A stretch of DNA of 64,000 nucleotides from Paracoccaceae bacterium (GCA_965215545.1 OZ244066.1:585358-649357); one strand, 5' to 3'. Shown: positions 19,571-29,513, counted from the stretch's first letter. Numbers and translations are program-made. Notes: generated by a model not told the origin, from the sequence alone.

Positions 19571-20992
19571 TTACGGTGAGGTCTGGTCCGGAACAGCACG
19601 ACGGCTCGTTATGAAAGCCTCAGGGTTGTCATTCCCGGCGTGCCCAGCGAACACTTCCAGGCAGTCAAGGAGACAGTGCCTTGCCAGCTGCTCACCAAGT
19701 GCTCGATCATGCGTCCAGTCACAACCCAGACGATCGCTGACACCGTGGAGGAGGCGGCTGCGACCGGGATCGTCGTAGAGTTCATCAATCCTGTTTCTCA
19801 GAGCTTCATCGTAGCTGTCAGGAAGGCAGACCTCCACCAGCTCCCGAATCCCAATTTTCCTCCGCCCCTTTGTGAGGGCATCCAGTGAGGTCATGAAATT
19901 GGCCAGAGCCATTGGGTTGACCTTCTGCCGACATCCTGCATGAAACCACAGCAGGGCCTGATGCAGGGCTGCTGCCATTTTGGGGTGATCGGTAACGGCA
20001 TAGTCAGACCCTTGGACAAACCAATCAATGGCATCACCAGCGGCCTTGAAAACCTGAGCATGGTCGCTGCAGTATTCTGACCATTTTTCCTTTGACATGA
20101 AACTGCCTATGCCGCCCTCGGAATATTCCCACACTGTCCGAAGGGCCCATTCCCTGCTCTGGGAACGTCGGGTCACCGAGGCCTGTTCATGGGGGATATC
20201 ATCCCAGGTCAGACGCATGTCCCTGAGGGCTTTTGATGGCGTCGGGAAACCAAGGGAGATTGCTGTCAATGCCAGATGGGCGGCCATTAGGGCAATATTA
20301 TGCCCCGCCTCCGCCCCCATTGGCCGCTTGACAGTGACACTGCAGACAAAGTCCGCCCCACCCACGGTTCTAGCAATCCTCCCGGCAGACCCGGTGAGGT
20401 TTGCGTCTCCTGATTGCCCGTTCTGCCAATGATCCCTGAGGACCGTGGCATCGTCCAAATCCAAGCGGCCTGCCTCTGCAGTCTGACCAACCCAGTCCAG
20501 TCGCGGTTCAAAGGCGACCGGTCCGATTGCCGGCAAGCCAGGGAAGTCGGAAAGATTGGAGAGATGGCAACCGAACAGGTGGGTTCGGGGGCCAGTGGCG
20601 GCCTTCTCTTCACTCTCGATACTGGCTAACAAAGTTTGATAGAATGTATCGGACGGGATTGTTTTGACGTTATCGGTTGTTGCTACAACATCAGCGAAAC
20701 AGTGGAAAACGATTTCAGTCCATTCCTTGTTTTTGAATGCTGTCTGCCGTTCCTCATTCATCTCTGCGTAAAGAGTTGCGGCAATTTGGGACAACAGTTT
20801 TTGACCGTCCGGGCCGATATAAACCGGTGCGTCGGTGTTTAGCCTCAGCCTGTAAATGTCCCTGAAACGCAGAAGCGTCCAGTCTCCGAACCGGCCATCC
20901 TGCTTGACCCCGACCTCAACCCTTCCACTTGGAAATGGCTTTATAAGAGATTTCAAGTCCTTGAGTTCATCAAGCACGGCAGGAGCGGCCAT
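19571..20992 (-). CDS. Hypothetical about 473-aa protein with a C-terminal Rx4H (HEPN-like) motif
   Basis: Long ORF in an AT-richer patch with no shadow-ORF character. The C-terminus is ...LHQALLWFHAGC...FMTSLDALTKG...RIDELYDDPGRSRLLHGVSD. Start set at Met31 of the 503-aa ORF (MAAPAVLDELKDLK), which leaves an 88-bp divergent intergenic region. Starts at 21082 or 21040 are possible. Confidence 0.6.
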   Translation of the reverse strand: MAAPAVLDELKDLKSLIKPFPSGRVEVGVKQDGRFGDWTLLRFRDIYRLRLNTDAPVYIGPDGQKLLSQIAATLYAEMNEERQTAFKNKEWTEIVFHCFADVVATTDNVKTIPSDTFYQTLLASIESEEKAATGPRTHLFGCHLSNLSDFPGLPAIGPVAFEPRLDWVGQTAEAGRLDLDDATVLRDHWQNGQSGDANLTGSAGRIARTVGGADFVCSVTVKRPMGAEAGHNIALMAAHLALTAISLGFPTPSKALRDMRLTWDDIPHEQASVTRRSQSREWALRTVWEYSEGGIGSFMSKEKWSEYCSDHAQVFKAAGDAIDWFVQGSDYAVTDHPKMAAALHQALLWFHAGCRQKVNPMALANFMTSLDALTKGRRKIGIRELVEVCLPDSYDEALRNRIDELYDDPGRSRLLHGVSDRLGCDWTHDRALGEQLARHCLLDCLEVFAGHAGNDNPEAFITSRRAVPDQTSP

Positions 20993-21080
20993 TAGGTGGA
21001 ATCCTTGTGCAGATTCGGGATAAGGAACACCACTCCCCATTTTGCCCGGGAATACAAGAAAAACCATAGAGCCGACTTGC

Positions 21081-22093
21081 ATGAAACCCGCTCAGATAAC
21101 CAACCCCAAGGACGGACACGACGTCTTTATTCTGGGGGCAGGATTTTCAAAGGCAATCAGCAGGATCATGCCGACACTGGATGAGCTGGGCCAAAAGATC
21201 CGCCAGGAATCTCGTGGTCAGGACGGACCGGGCTATGACATGGCCAAGTGGTGCAACAATGTCGAATTGTGGATGACGGACATGCTGCATGCCCAGCCCT
21301 TTTGCCTGATCTGGTCCACGGCTGCCAAGCGATCGGGCTCTGGACGCGCAAGACCATTGGGAGAATCATTCAGGAGCGCTCGCACCAAGCAACAGAGATG
21401 GCAGCCCCTGCATGGCTCTGTCAATTGACGCGGGCCTGGCAAGACCACAAATCTGTCATTATCACCCTGAACTACGACACCCTTGTCGAACAGGCTGTTC
21501 GACAAAGCACACCCACACGGGGTCTCTACCCTCCCCACTTCGCCGATATCAAGACACGCAGAGGAGAGGCTGTATGGGGTTCAGACAATCAGGCCTTCCA
21601 GTTGCTCAAACTGCATGGATCAGTGAACTGGCACTACTCCGGTCAGGAAGACTTTTATGGAGAGACAATCTTCTACTCTGACGTTGCCGAGTTTGGCCAT
21701 AAGTCCGGTGCATCTTCTTCTGAAACGTTTGAAATAGCTGAAGATAAGATGATGCTCTTGGCCCCTCCGGTTTTTGACAAAACCCCATTCTTCAAGAACG
21801 GGGCCGTCAGAGCCCTTTGGGCACGGGCTGCAGAGGCCCTGCAAACCGCAAAGAGAATCTACCTGATTGGATACTCTCTGCCGGCTTCTGATTTGGGCAT
21901 GCACTCATTCCTCATTCAAAACTGCCCGGAGGAATCTGTTCCCTTTTATGTGATCAACCGTGATGCAGAGGCCCCAAATCACTACCGAAATATCCTCGAA
22001 AGCCGCTGTTCTGTCGACATCAAAGACACGTACATCAGAGTGAATGATCCCGTAGGCCGGTTTGTGAAGGATTACCTGCAAGAACTTCGGTGA
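21081..22093 (+). pseudogene. SIR2_2-type (prokaryotic SIR2/NADase-like) protein, interrupted by one frameshift
   Basis: FILGAGFSKA (GAGxS) lies in frame 0, in the N-terminal piece that starts at ATG 21081. IITLNYDTLVEQA (Asn), LLKLHGSVNW (His) and IYLIGYSLPASD lie in frame 2 (to 22093). The frames meet at the T4 run at 21300-21303. One extra T would give ...HAQPFLPDLVHG.... Confidence 0.75.
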
Positions 22094-22108
22094 AACAGAC
22101 CGGAAGAT

Positions 22109-22538
22109 GTAACTGTTCAGGTTCCTGAGCCAGGAACTGCCGGCCCGCAGCGGCGATCAGCGGAGCGGAGCGGACGCCGACTCTGCGATCCGGTCCATCA
22201 ACCCCTCCGGTGACGCCCGCAGCGTTGCCAGCCGGTCTGCAGCACGGCATGACTCTGGACCCCCTCGGTCCTGCAGACACGGCCGGCGATCGTCGGCTGC
22301 AGCTTGCGGGGGCAGCACGGACAATCCGGATGGCGAAGGTCAGGCTCAAACTGTCCGGCTGCTTCCGCCCCCAGCGCAACGCCGCGGCCTGGTGCCGGAT
22401 CGCCAGCGGCCTGCGTTCAATGGCGGCCCGCGGCTGCCATCCACTTGCTGCCATTGCGATTGCACTGGCCGGACAGGTGGCGCGCATGATTGATCACGAT
22501 GACTGGCCATCTGTACTTGAGAAGGGGTGAGCAGTTAC
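22109..22538 (+). mobile_element. IS66-like internally deleted (MITE-like) remnant with GTAA termini
   Basis: Starts GTAACTGTTCAGGTTCCTGAG and ends ...GAGCAGTTAC (imperfect inverted termini; 5'-GTAA is typical of IS66). It encodes a fragment, RMAKVRLKLSGCFRPQRNAAAWCRIASGLRSMAARG, that resembles the C-terminus of IS66/ISBst12-type transposases. Confidence 0.4.
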
Positions 22539-23036
22539 GACGATGGCCATGTGTGTGCAAGGTGCCGAGAACGGATGCCCCGGGGTCGTGACAGGCATTG
22601 CTGACTGCGATGATTTTCTTCCAGCCGACAATCAGGCATCTCCGGACCCTGATGAACACAAGGACCCATGCCGGGATACGCCATGGTCTCCCGATGTTTG
22701 AACCAGCCCGATCCGGTCAGGGGTCACCGTCATGGCATCAGGGTATCGCGAATGAACAGCGGCAGTATCAGCAGCCTGTGGCAACTCACTGCGCACTGAT
22801 CGATGCAGCGACAATTGCCTCCTCCTTGCATTGCCGTTGGTTGTCGTTGTCGTCATCCATTCTCATCGGCAACTGTCGGCTGCAGCCTGCCTGTTGACGG
22901 TCTGTATCCGTCTCGATCCCGGAAGAAGTCCAGTGAGGCAGGGGCACAGTTGCCTGGACTGGTCGGTCTGGACCACCGGGCCGATCTGGCACATCAGCCC
23001 GGCCTGATATAAGTCACCGGGCGTTACAGAGACTGG

Positions 23037-24761
23037 ATGAGTGCCATGCAGCGGGTCCTGATCACTTCAGCACTTCCTTACATCAATGGAATCAAGCATC
23101 TTGGTAATCTGGTTGGCAGCCAGTTGCCTTCAGATCTCTATGCCCGGTACCTGCGCCAGCGCGGCGTCGAGGTCATGTTCATCTGTGCAACCGATGAACA
23201 TGGGACTCCGGCCGAGATCGCTGCCACCAAGTCTGGAATGTCGGTCGAGGACTACTGTCATGACATGTACAAGACCCAGAAGGCTCTCGCCGACGGGTTC
23301 CTGTTGTCCTTTGATCACTACGGTCGATCCTCGAGCCCGCAGAACCATCGCCTCACCCAACATTTTGCCGGTCGCCTGGCAGCCAACGGTCACATCGTCG
23401 AGATTGAGGATCGCCAGATTTATTCCGTGGCTGATGGCCGCTTCCTGCCTGATCGTTTCGTCCAAGGGACCTGCCCGGCCTGTGGCTATGAGCGGGCCCG
23501 GGGTGATCAGTGTGAAAACTGTACAAAGCAGCTCGATCCCGAGGACCTGATCAACCCGCGATCCGAGATCTCGGGATCCACCGAGCTGGAGATGCGCCAG
23601 ACCCGTCATCTCTACCTCCGCCAATCCCGGTTCCGGGACGAGCTGGATGCCTGGATTGCCTCCAAGACCGACTGGCCGGTCCTCACCACATCCATTGCCC
23701 GCAAATGGTTGCATGACGATGATGGATTGCAGGACCGGGGCATCACCCGCGATCTGGATTGGGGCATTCCAGTCCGATGCGGCACCGAGACCTGGCCCGG
23801 CATGGAGAACAAGGTCTTCTATGTCTGGTTTGATGCCCCGATCGAGTACATCGCCGCCACCGCCGAGTGGGCCGAAGCCAATGGCTTGCCGGACGCGGCC
23901 TGGGAACGTTGGTGGCGCATCGACCGGGGGGCGGATGATGTTCGCTACGTCCAGTTCATGGGCAAGGACAATGTCCCCTTTCACACCCTGTCCTTCCCGA
24001 TCACCATTCTCGGCTCCGGGGAACCTTGGAAACTCGTGGATTACATCAAGTCATTCAACTTCCTCAATTACGATGGTGGCCAATTCTCAACCAGCCTGGA
24101 GCGGGGCATCTTCATGGATCAGGCTCTTGATATCCTGCCCGCTGATACCTGGCGCTGGTGGCTGCTCTCACACGCACCGGAGCATGCCGACAGCGAATTC
24201 ACCTGGGACAACTTTGCCGATACCATCAACACCGACCTTGCCAATGTGCTCGGCAACTTCATCAGCCGGATTGCCGGATTCTGCCGCAATCACTTTGCCG
24301 GTCGTGTGCCAACCCACGGCGACTGGGGACCCCCGGAACGAGACACTGCCGCACGGGTCCAGACCGGGCTCGAAGCCTATCAGGAGACCATGGATGCCAT
24401 TGAGGTCCGCAAGTCAGCCCAGGCCCTGCGGTACCTTTGGACCCTCGGCAACGAGTATGTCCAGTCCGCCGCCCCCTGGACTGCCATCAAGGAAGACCCC
24501 GACCGGGCTGCCACCATCATTGCCTTTGCCCTGAACCTCGCGCGTCTCTACGGGATCATCTCCGCCCCGTTCATCCCTGCAACTGCCGACAGGATTCTCG
24601 CCGGTCTTGGTGCGGACACGGCCCCCTGGCCTGCCGCCGTCTCCGACGCCCTGACCACCCTGCCCGCCGGAACCCCGGTCGCGTTTCCCGACGTCCTGTT
24701 TCGCAAGGTCACCGAGGCCGAAATGACCGGCTGGAAGACACGTTTCGCCGGCAAGGCGTGA
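23037..24761 (+). CDS. metG: Methionine--tRNA ligase
   Basis: 574 aa. [17 protein letters not shown] (HIGH-type), the zinc knuckle [17 protein letters not shown], and an anticodon-binding C-terminal part. Confidence 0.95.
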   Translation: MSAMQRVLITSALPYINGIKHLGNLVGSQLPSDLYARYLRQRGVEVMFICATDEHGTPAEIAATKSGMSVEDYCHDMYKTQKALADGFLLSFDHYGRSSSPQNHRLTQHFAGRLAANGHIVEIEDRQIYSVADGRFLPDRFVQGTCPACGYERARGDQCENCTKQLDPEDLINPRSEISGSTELEMRQTRHLYLRQSRFRDELDAWIASKTDWPVLTTSIARKWLHDDDGLQDRGITRDLDWGIPVRCGTETWPGMENKVFYVWFDAPIEYIAATAEWAEANGLPDAAWERWWRIDRGADDVRYVQFMGKDNVPFHTLSFPITILGSGEPWKLVDYIKSFNFLNYDGGQFSTSLERGIFMDQALDILPADTWRWWLLSHAPEHADSEFTWDNFADTINTDLANVLGNFISRIAGFCRNHFAGRVPTHGDWGPPERDTAARVQTGLEAYQETMDAIEVRKSAQALRYLWTLGNEYVQSAAPWTAIKEDPDRAATIIAFALNLARLYGIISAPFIPATADRILAGLGADTAPWPAAVSDALTTLPAGTPVAFPDVLFRKVTEAEMTGWKTRFAGKA

Positions 24762-25786
24762 TGCCACCTGTCGTGGTCAAGGATACAGGCCCTGGCCAGA
24801 GTGCACCGGCACCACTTGATCTCACCAAAATCCGGGAACATTTCCATCTCTGGGGCCTGCCGCCATCGTGCACTCCCACTCTCCTCAATCATGCCGAGAA
24901 CATCACTGTCCTCCTCGAGGATGCCGATGGCGGCAAGAGCGTCCTGCGCATCCATCGGCCGGGCTACCAGTCCCGTGCCGCCATCCGCAGTGAGTTCGCC
25001 TGGATCAGGGCCCTGAGGGCCGAGGAGGTCATCAGCACACCGGACATCATTCCCGGCTGCAATGGCCATGCCATCCAGTCCGGGGTCGTCGGCGCCCACC
25101 GGGCCCCTCGGCTCATGGTCCTGTTTGCCCACGTCCCCGGTCACCATCCCGACGAGTCCGGTGACCTTGCCACCCTGTTCCCGATGCTCGGCAGGCTGGC
25201 AGCCCGGTTGCATGACCACGCGGCCCGCTGGCAGCCTCCAGATGACTTCACCCGACCCCACTGGAATCTTGAGCGGGTCCTCGGCCACCGGGCCATCTGG
25301 GGCAACTGGCAGGACGCACCCTTGATGACAGGCCCGATCAGGAACGTTCTCGACCAAGCGGCAACAAAACTCTGCCACCGCCTGCACCGCTATGGAACCC
25401 ATTCCGACCGGTACGGCCTGATCCATGCCGACATGCGTCTTGCCAACATCATCGTGCGGGACAGCACCCGAACCCTCATTGACTTCGATGACTGCGGCTT
25501 CGGCTGGCTGCTGGCGGACTTTGCCGCTGCGACATCCTTCCTCGAACATCTCCCCATGCTCGGTGACCTCTGGACGGCCTGGTCGGCGGGATATCAGGAG
25601 GTGCGTCCCCTGCCTCCCGAGCATCGTTCCGTCGTGCCCTCCCTGGTCATGCTGCGCCGCCTGGCATTGCTCGCATGGATCACCAGTCGGTCCGATTCCT
25701 CCGAGCCCCGCAGACTGGCCCCGACCTTTGCCGCCGACACCGCCGAGATGGCCACCCGCTATCTGGCAGGAACACTGCTGCACTGA
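24761..25786 (+). CDS. Phosphotransferase-family kinase (APH / homoserine kinase type II-like)
   Basis: The ATG overlaps the metG stop (TGATG). Brenner/APH catalytic motif LIHADMRLANIIV and IDFDDCGFGW. Confidence 0.8.
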   Translation: MPPVVVKDTGPGQSAPAPLDLTKIREHFHLWGLPPSCTPTLLNHAENITVLLEDADGGKSVLRIHRPGYQSRAAIRSEFAWIRALRAEEVISTPDIIPGCNGHAIQSGVVGAHRAPRLMVLFAHVPGHHPDESGDLATLFPMLGRLAARLHDHAARWQPPDDFTRPHWNLERVLGHRAIWGNWQDAPLMTGPIRNVLDQAATKLCHRLHRYGTHSDRYGLIHADMRLANIIVRDSTRTLIDFDDCGFGWLLADFAAATSFLEHLPMLGDLWTAWSAGYQEVRPLPPEHRSVVPSLVMLRRLALLAWITSRSDSSEPRRLAPTFAADTAEMATRYLAGTLLH

Positions 25787-25789
25787 TCC

Positions 25790-26127
25790 TGATGTTCGTG
25801 GCGGCCTGGCTTCGCACTCCGGGTTGACGTTCACGGCTGCGGGCAGGCGCCGTTGCAACAGTGTTCCACGTGCATCGATTGTCAGGACAGGCGGCCGCCT
25901 GTCATCCATTCGGGCCGGACGTTGTCCGCAGTGCCGAAGGTGCCCGGCACCACGCGGTGTTGCGAACCGTACTGGACACGGCTGGCCGCCAGAGCTGGAA
26001 CAGGCTGGTGACACTGAGGGGGCAACCGGAGGAGCCAATGGACCAGATCGCAGAGATGGAATCCGCTCCGGCCCGCTGATTCCGGTTCCGGACCGGCAGT
26101 TCCTGTCTCAGGAACCTGAACAGTTAC
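25790..26127 (-). mobile_element. Second, inverted and truncated copy of the IS66-like remnant
   Basis: The reverse complement of 26127-26020 aligns by eye (about 75%) with 22109-22215, starting at the same GTAACTGTTCAGGTTCCTGAG end. Weaker similarity continues for about 300 bp. Confidence 0.35.
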
Positions 26128-26188
26128 GGCTTGGTTCTTGTTCTCTCGCATGGTGTCCTCTGGAGAAACAACACCATGCGGCAGATCC

Positions 26189-27245
26189 ATGCAGAACCTT
26201 GCAGCACTTTTCGAGGGGACCCGTGACCCCCGCACCAGCAATGCCACCCGTCATGACCTGAACGAGATGCTGATGATTGCCCGTCTTTGCATCATGTGCG
26301 GCGGCCTGACATGCACTGACATGGCCTTGTTCGGGCCTTCGAAAGAAGCCTTCTTGCGCCGTTTCCTGACACTGGAGCACGGCATCCCGAGTCACGACGC
26401 CTTGTCTCGTCTGTTCCGCTCCCTGGATCCAGACGGTCGCCAGCGGGCCCTGGTTCGCTTGACCAGGCGTGGGTCCACGCGGCTGGGAACGGGGGTGATC
26501 GCCATTGATGGCAAGACTCTCCGACGATCGTTTGCGGTGGCGGCGCAGCGCACGCCCCTGCATGTCGTCAGATCCTTTGCCGCCGAAGCCCGCCTTGGGC
26601 TCGGTCAGGTCAGGGTCGACGGCAAGGCGGGCAAGATCACGGCCTTCCCCGCATTGCTGGACCTGACCGACCGGATCGTGACAGCGGCTGCAATGCCCAT
26701 GCAACACCGGACCGCAGACGCGATCATCGCGAAAGGTGATAATGATGTCCTGGCGCTCAAGGACAACCAAGAGACACGGCACGACGATATCCGTGTCCGC
26801 ATGGCGGACCCCGAGACGTGGCTGCTCTCGCCGGGCCACGGATATCAACAGGGGTCATGGACGCATGGAGATCCGCACCGCCACAGTCTGCCATGATCCT
26901 TGGCCGATTCAGGACACGCATCACCGGCCTGGCCTGCGGGCTGTCGGGAGGATCACTGCCACGCGGGCGATCAAGGGCCAGCAGAGCCGGGAGACAGGGC
27001 ATTTCCTCCTCAGTCAACCGCTGGACCCGGCGACGTTCCCCACGGCAGTGCGGACGTACTGGACCATTGAAAATTCCCTCCATTGGGGTCTCGATGTGAC
27101 CCGCGGAGAGGACGATCTCCGCAACCGCAGGGATAAAGGGCCGGAGACCCTGGCACCGATGCGGATACGGGCCTTGAACCTTGCACGGATGACCGATGGC
27201 GGGGCCGTCATGTCCATGCGGGCCAAACGCAAAAAAGCCGCCTGA
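26189..27245 (+). pseudogene. ISAs1-family (H-repeat-associated) transposase, frameshifted
   Basis: N-terminal part: MQNLAALFEGTRDPRTSNATRHDLNEMLMIA...IAIDGKTLRRSF...ALKDNQ. The C-terminal part, HGRMEIRTATV...YWTIENSLHWGLDVTRGEDDLRNR, is in another frame. The shift is near 26820-26845. Confidence 0.8.
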
Positions 27246-27339
27246 GATGACACGTTTCTGTTTCAAACGCATCCGTTCTGCAGGACAATTGACGGACACC
27301 GGAGAACCGGCAATGGTTCAAGTGCGATAGCCCTGATCA

Positions 27340-27349
27340 CCCCCCCCCC
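27340..27349. repeat. C10 homopolymer tract
   Basis: Counted directly. It lies between the ISAs1 right end and a 25-codon methyltransferase-like N-terminal fragment. Confidence 0.95.
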
Positions 27350-27680
27350 AACGTTCTCAACCGCACCATATTATGCAAGGACAATCTCGATGTTCTGCGC
27401 TGTCTGAATTCCGGCTGGATTGACCGCCCCCGTGCCACTCCCCTTCCGTCATGTCGGCACCCGGACCCGCTGGTCGGAGATCGATCGGCGCAATGGCCTC
27501 AAGGACAGTGAATCCGCCAACCCGGCGGAGATCAAATCATCGCTGACTGTGTCCTCCTGCCGCCCCGGTGACGGGGTCTGGAGTCCGGCGTCCATCCCTT
27601 GCCAATCCGGGGCGGGATCCCTATGTCGCAAGGGACACCGCTTGTGGCACGACAACTGAGGGAAAGACGCAGATGGGGGA

Positions 27681-29513
27681 ATGGTCCAGATGACGTTGGA
27701 CCGGGCAGGGCTTGCGGAGTTTGTTGACCGTGACGAAGGCGATGAACCCCCGGTCTTTGTCGGGCGGGATCCGGTCTTTGCCGACATTCTAGCCACGGCC
27801 GACCGGAGTTGGATGGACAGGGATGGAGTGCAGGGTCGCGCGAAGGATACCCGCATCATCCAGGGTGCCCCCGGGGCCGGCAAGAGCACGATCCTCGCCG
27901 AGCTGGCAGCCCGCACCAGGGCCGGCGGCGGGGGGACGGGTAGCATCAGGACCGAGGTCCTCACGCTGAGTTCCGGTCGCATCCGCGGACCCATCGACAT
28001 CCTCGGACCGCTGGCGGCACTGGTCGATGCCGCTGCCGCCAAGGACTTCCTGACCCGCTACCAGACGACCTCCAGCCGCGGTGCCCATCTCGGCGCCTTT
28101 GGGTCATCGATCGGGGTCGAACGGGCCACGACCACAACCTCGTATGCGCCCGAGCCGACCCTGACGGCCTTCCATGATTGGGTCCGCGATTCAACGGGGG
28201 GGCTGCCGGGCCCCATCATCATAGCCATCGACGAGGCCCAGAACATGCGGTTTGGCAATGATGATCCCCGCACCAGCCTCTTGCGGTGCATCCATGAGGC
28301 CGACCCGCCCCTGCCGTTCACTCTTGTGCTCGCCGGCCTCGGCGACACCGACACCCGGGCCACGGACATGGGCCTGACCCGGGGCAAGATGCTCCACACC
28401 ATCGGGGCACTGGACCCGAACGAGGTCACCGATCTCACCCATCGGTGGTGCGGGCACTTCGGCCTGGACCCAACTGGCCATGCGGACGCTCTCGCTGCTC
28501 TTGCCGGTCCCTGTGAGGGGTGGCCGCGCCACCTCCACTTTGCCCTGCAGGCCCTCGGTCGGGACATCCTGCGCACCCAGGACGCAGGACCCGGGGCGCT
28601 CGCCGCGGTGGACTGGGAGCGGGTGGCCACAGCGGCGGCTTTCAGCCGCCTCAACTACTATCGGGGCCAGCAGCGCGGCGCCATGGCAGCGTGCGCCGCC
28701 CTTGTCGGTGCCGTTCTGGACGATCTCGGGGCTGCGGCCGCGCCGTCTCTCCTACGCCGTTCCCATGTCATCAACGGCCTCCATCGCCATACCCTGGCCC
28801 ATCCCGATGCCAGCGCGTGGCAGATCCCCAAGGGCATGGATGCCGACTCCCTGGCCGACCATCTCTTCCACCGTGGTGTCCTGCAGGAGACCCCGGATGG
28901 CTCCCTGACCTGTCCCATCCCCTCCTTTCGCTCCTATCTTGTCAGGGAGGCAGCTCGGGTGGAGGTCGGGACGCTCCTTGCCGGCGACCAGGGCCCGTCG
29001 CCGGTCGACCGGGAGGCTGACCGGATCCTGGCTGCCACCGAGCCTCACACCGAGGACGAGATCGCCCGCTGGACGGCCCTGGCATCCACCTGGCGCCGCC
29101 ACTGTGGGGCCCTGGCGACCATCGCCGGGGATACGGCCTGCCTGGCGACCGTCAAGGGTGCCCCCACCGACACCGATCGGGCCCGAGCCACCACTGTCTT
29201 GGCCACCCTCGATGCCGACGGGACGACCCCGCCCGCAGCTGGGGTCGTCCCGGACCTGCCCCACTCTCTCCCACACGCCGAGCGGGCGGCTGCGGCACTG
29301 GAGGGAATGATCGACACGGTCCGTGATGCGGCGAGGGCCATCCGTGATGGTGAGGCCGATCCCTGGCGCGCCGACACACTCGGCGCGGTCGTGAACCTGC
29401 CTGAAGAGGCGGTGGCGGCCAGCCCGGAGGAGCAGCTCGCATGGGCCCTCGAGCACCTGACCGGGGCACCACCGGAGGCACCGGAAGACTCCAGCCCTTC
29501 GATGGATCCCTGA
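27681..29513 (+). CDS. P-loop AAA ATPase (AAA_22/ExeA/ORC-like), paralogue 2, intact
   Basis: 610 aa. Walker A GAPGAGKST, Walker B IIIAIDEAQ, LVLAGLGDTDTRATDMGLTRGK, CEGWPRHLHFALQALG. About two-thirds aa identity by eye with 4973-6753. Confidence 0.75.
   Translation: MVQMTLDRAGLAEFVDRDEGDEPPVFVGRDPVFADILATADRSWMDRDGVQGRAKDTRIIQGAPGAGKSTILAELAARTRAGGGGTGSIRTEVLTLSSGRIRGPIDILGPLAALVDAAAAKDFLTRYQTTSSRGAHLGAFGSSIGVERATTTTSYAPEPTLTAFHDWVRDSTGGLPGPIIIAIDEAQNMRFGNDDPRTSLLRCIHEADPPLPFTLVLAGLGDTDTRATDMGLTRGKMLHTIGALDPNEVTDLTHRWCGHFGLDPTGHADALAALAGPCEGWPRHLHFALQALGRDILRTQDAGPGALAAVDWERVATAAAFSRLNYYRGQQRGAMAACAALVGAVLDDLGAAAAPSLLRRSHVINGLHRHTLAHPDASAWQIPKGMDADSLADHLFHRGVLQETPDGSLTCPIPSFRSYLVREAARVEVGTLLAGDQGPSPVDREADRILAATEPHTEDEIARWTALASTWRRHCGALATIAGDTACLATVKGAPTDTDRARATTVLATLDADGTTPPAAGVVPDLPHSLPHAERAAAALEGMIDTVRDAARAIRDGEADPWRADTLGAVVNLPEEAVAASPEEQLAWALEHLTGAPPEAPEDSSPSMDP

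Noticed and set aside
22540-23036. ORFs of 70-100 aa upstream of metG (22598-22897 on the plus strand and 22632-22856, 22786-22992 on the minus strand).
   Set aside because: They have no motifs, they overlap one another in different frames, and their composition is non-coding-like.
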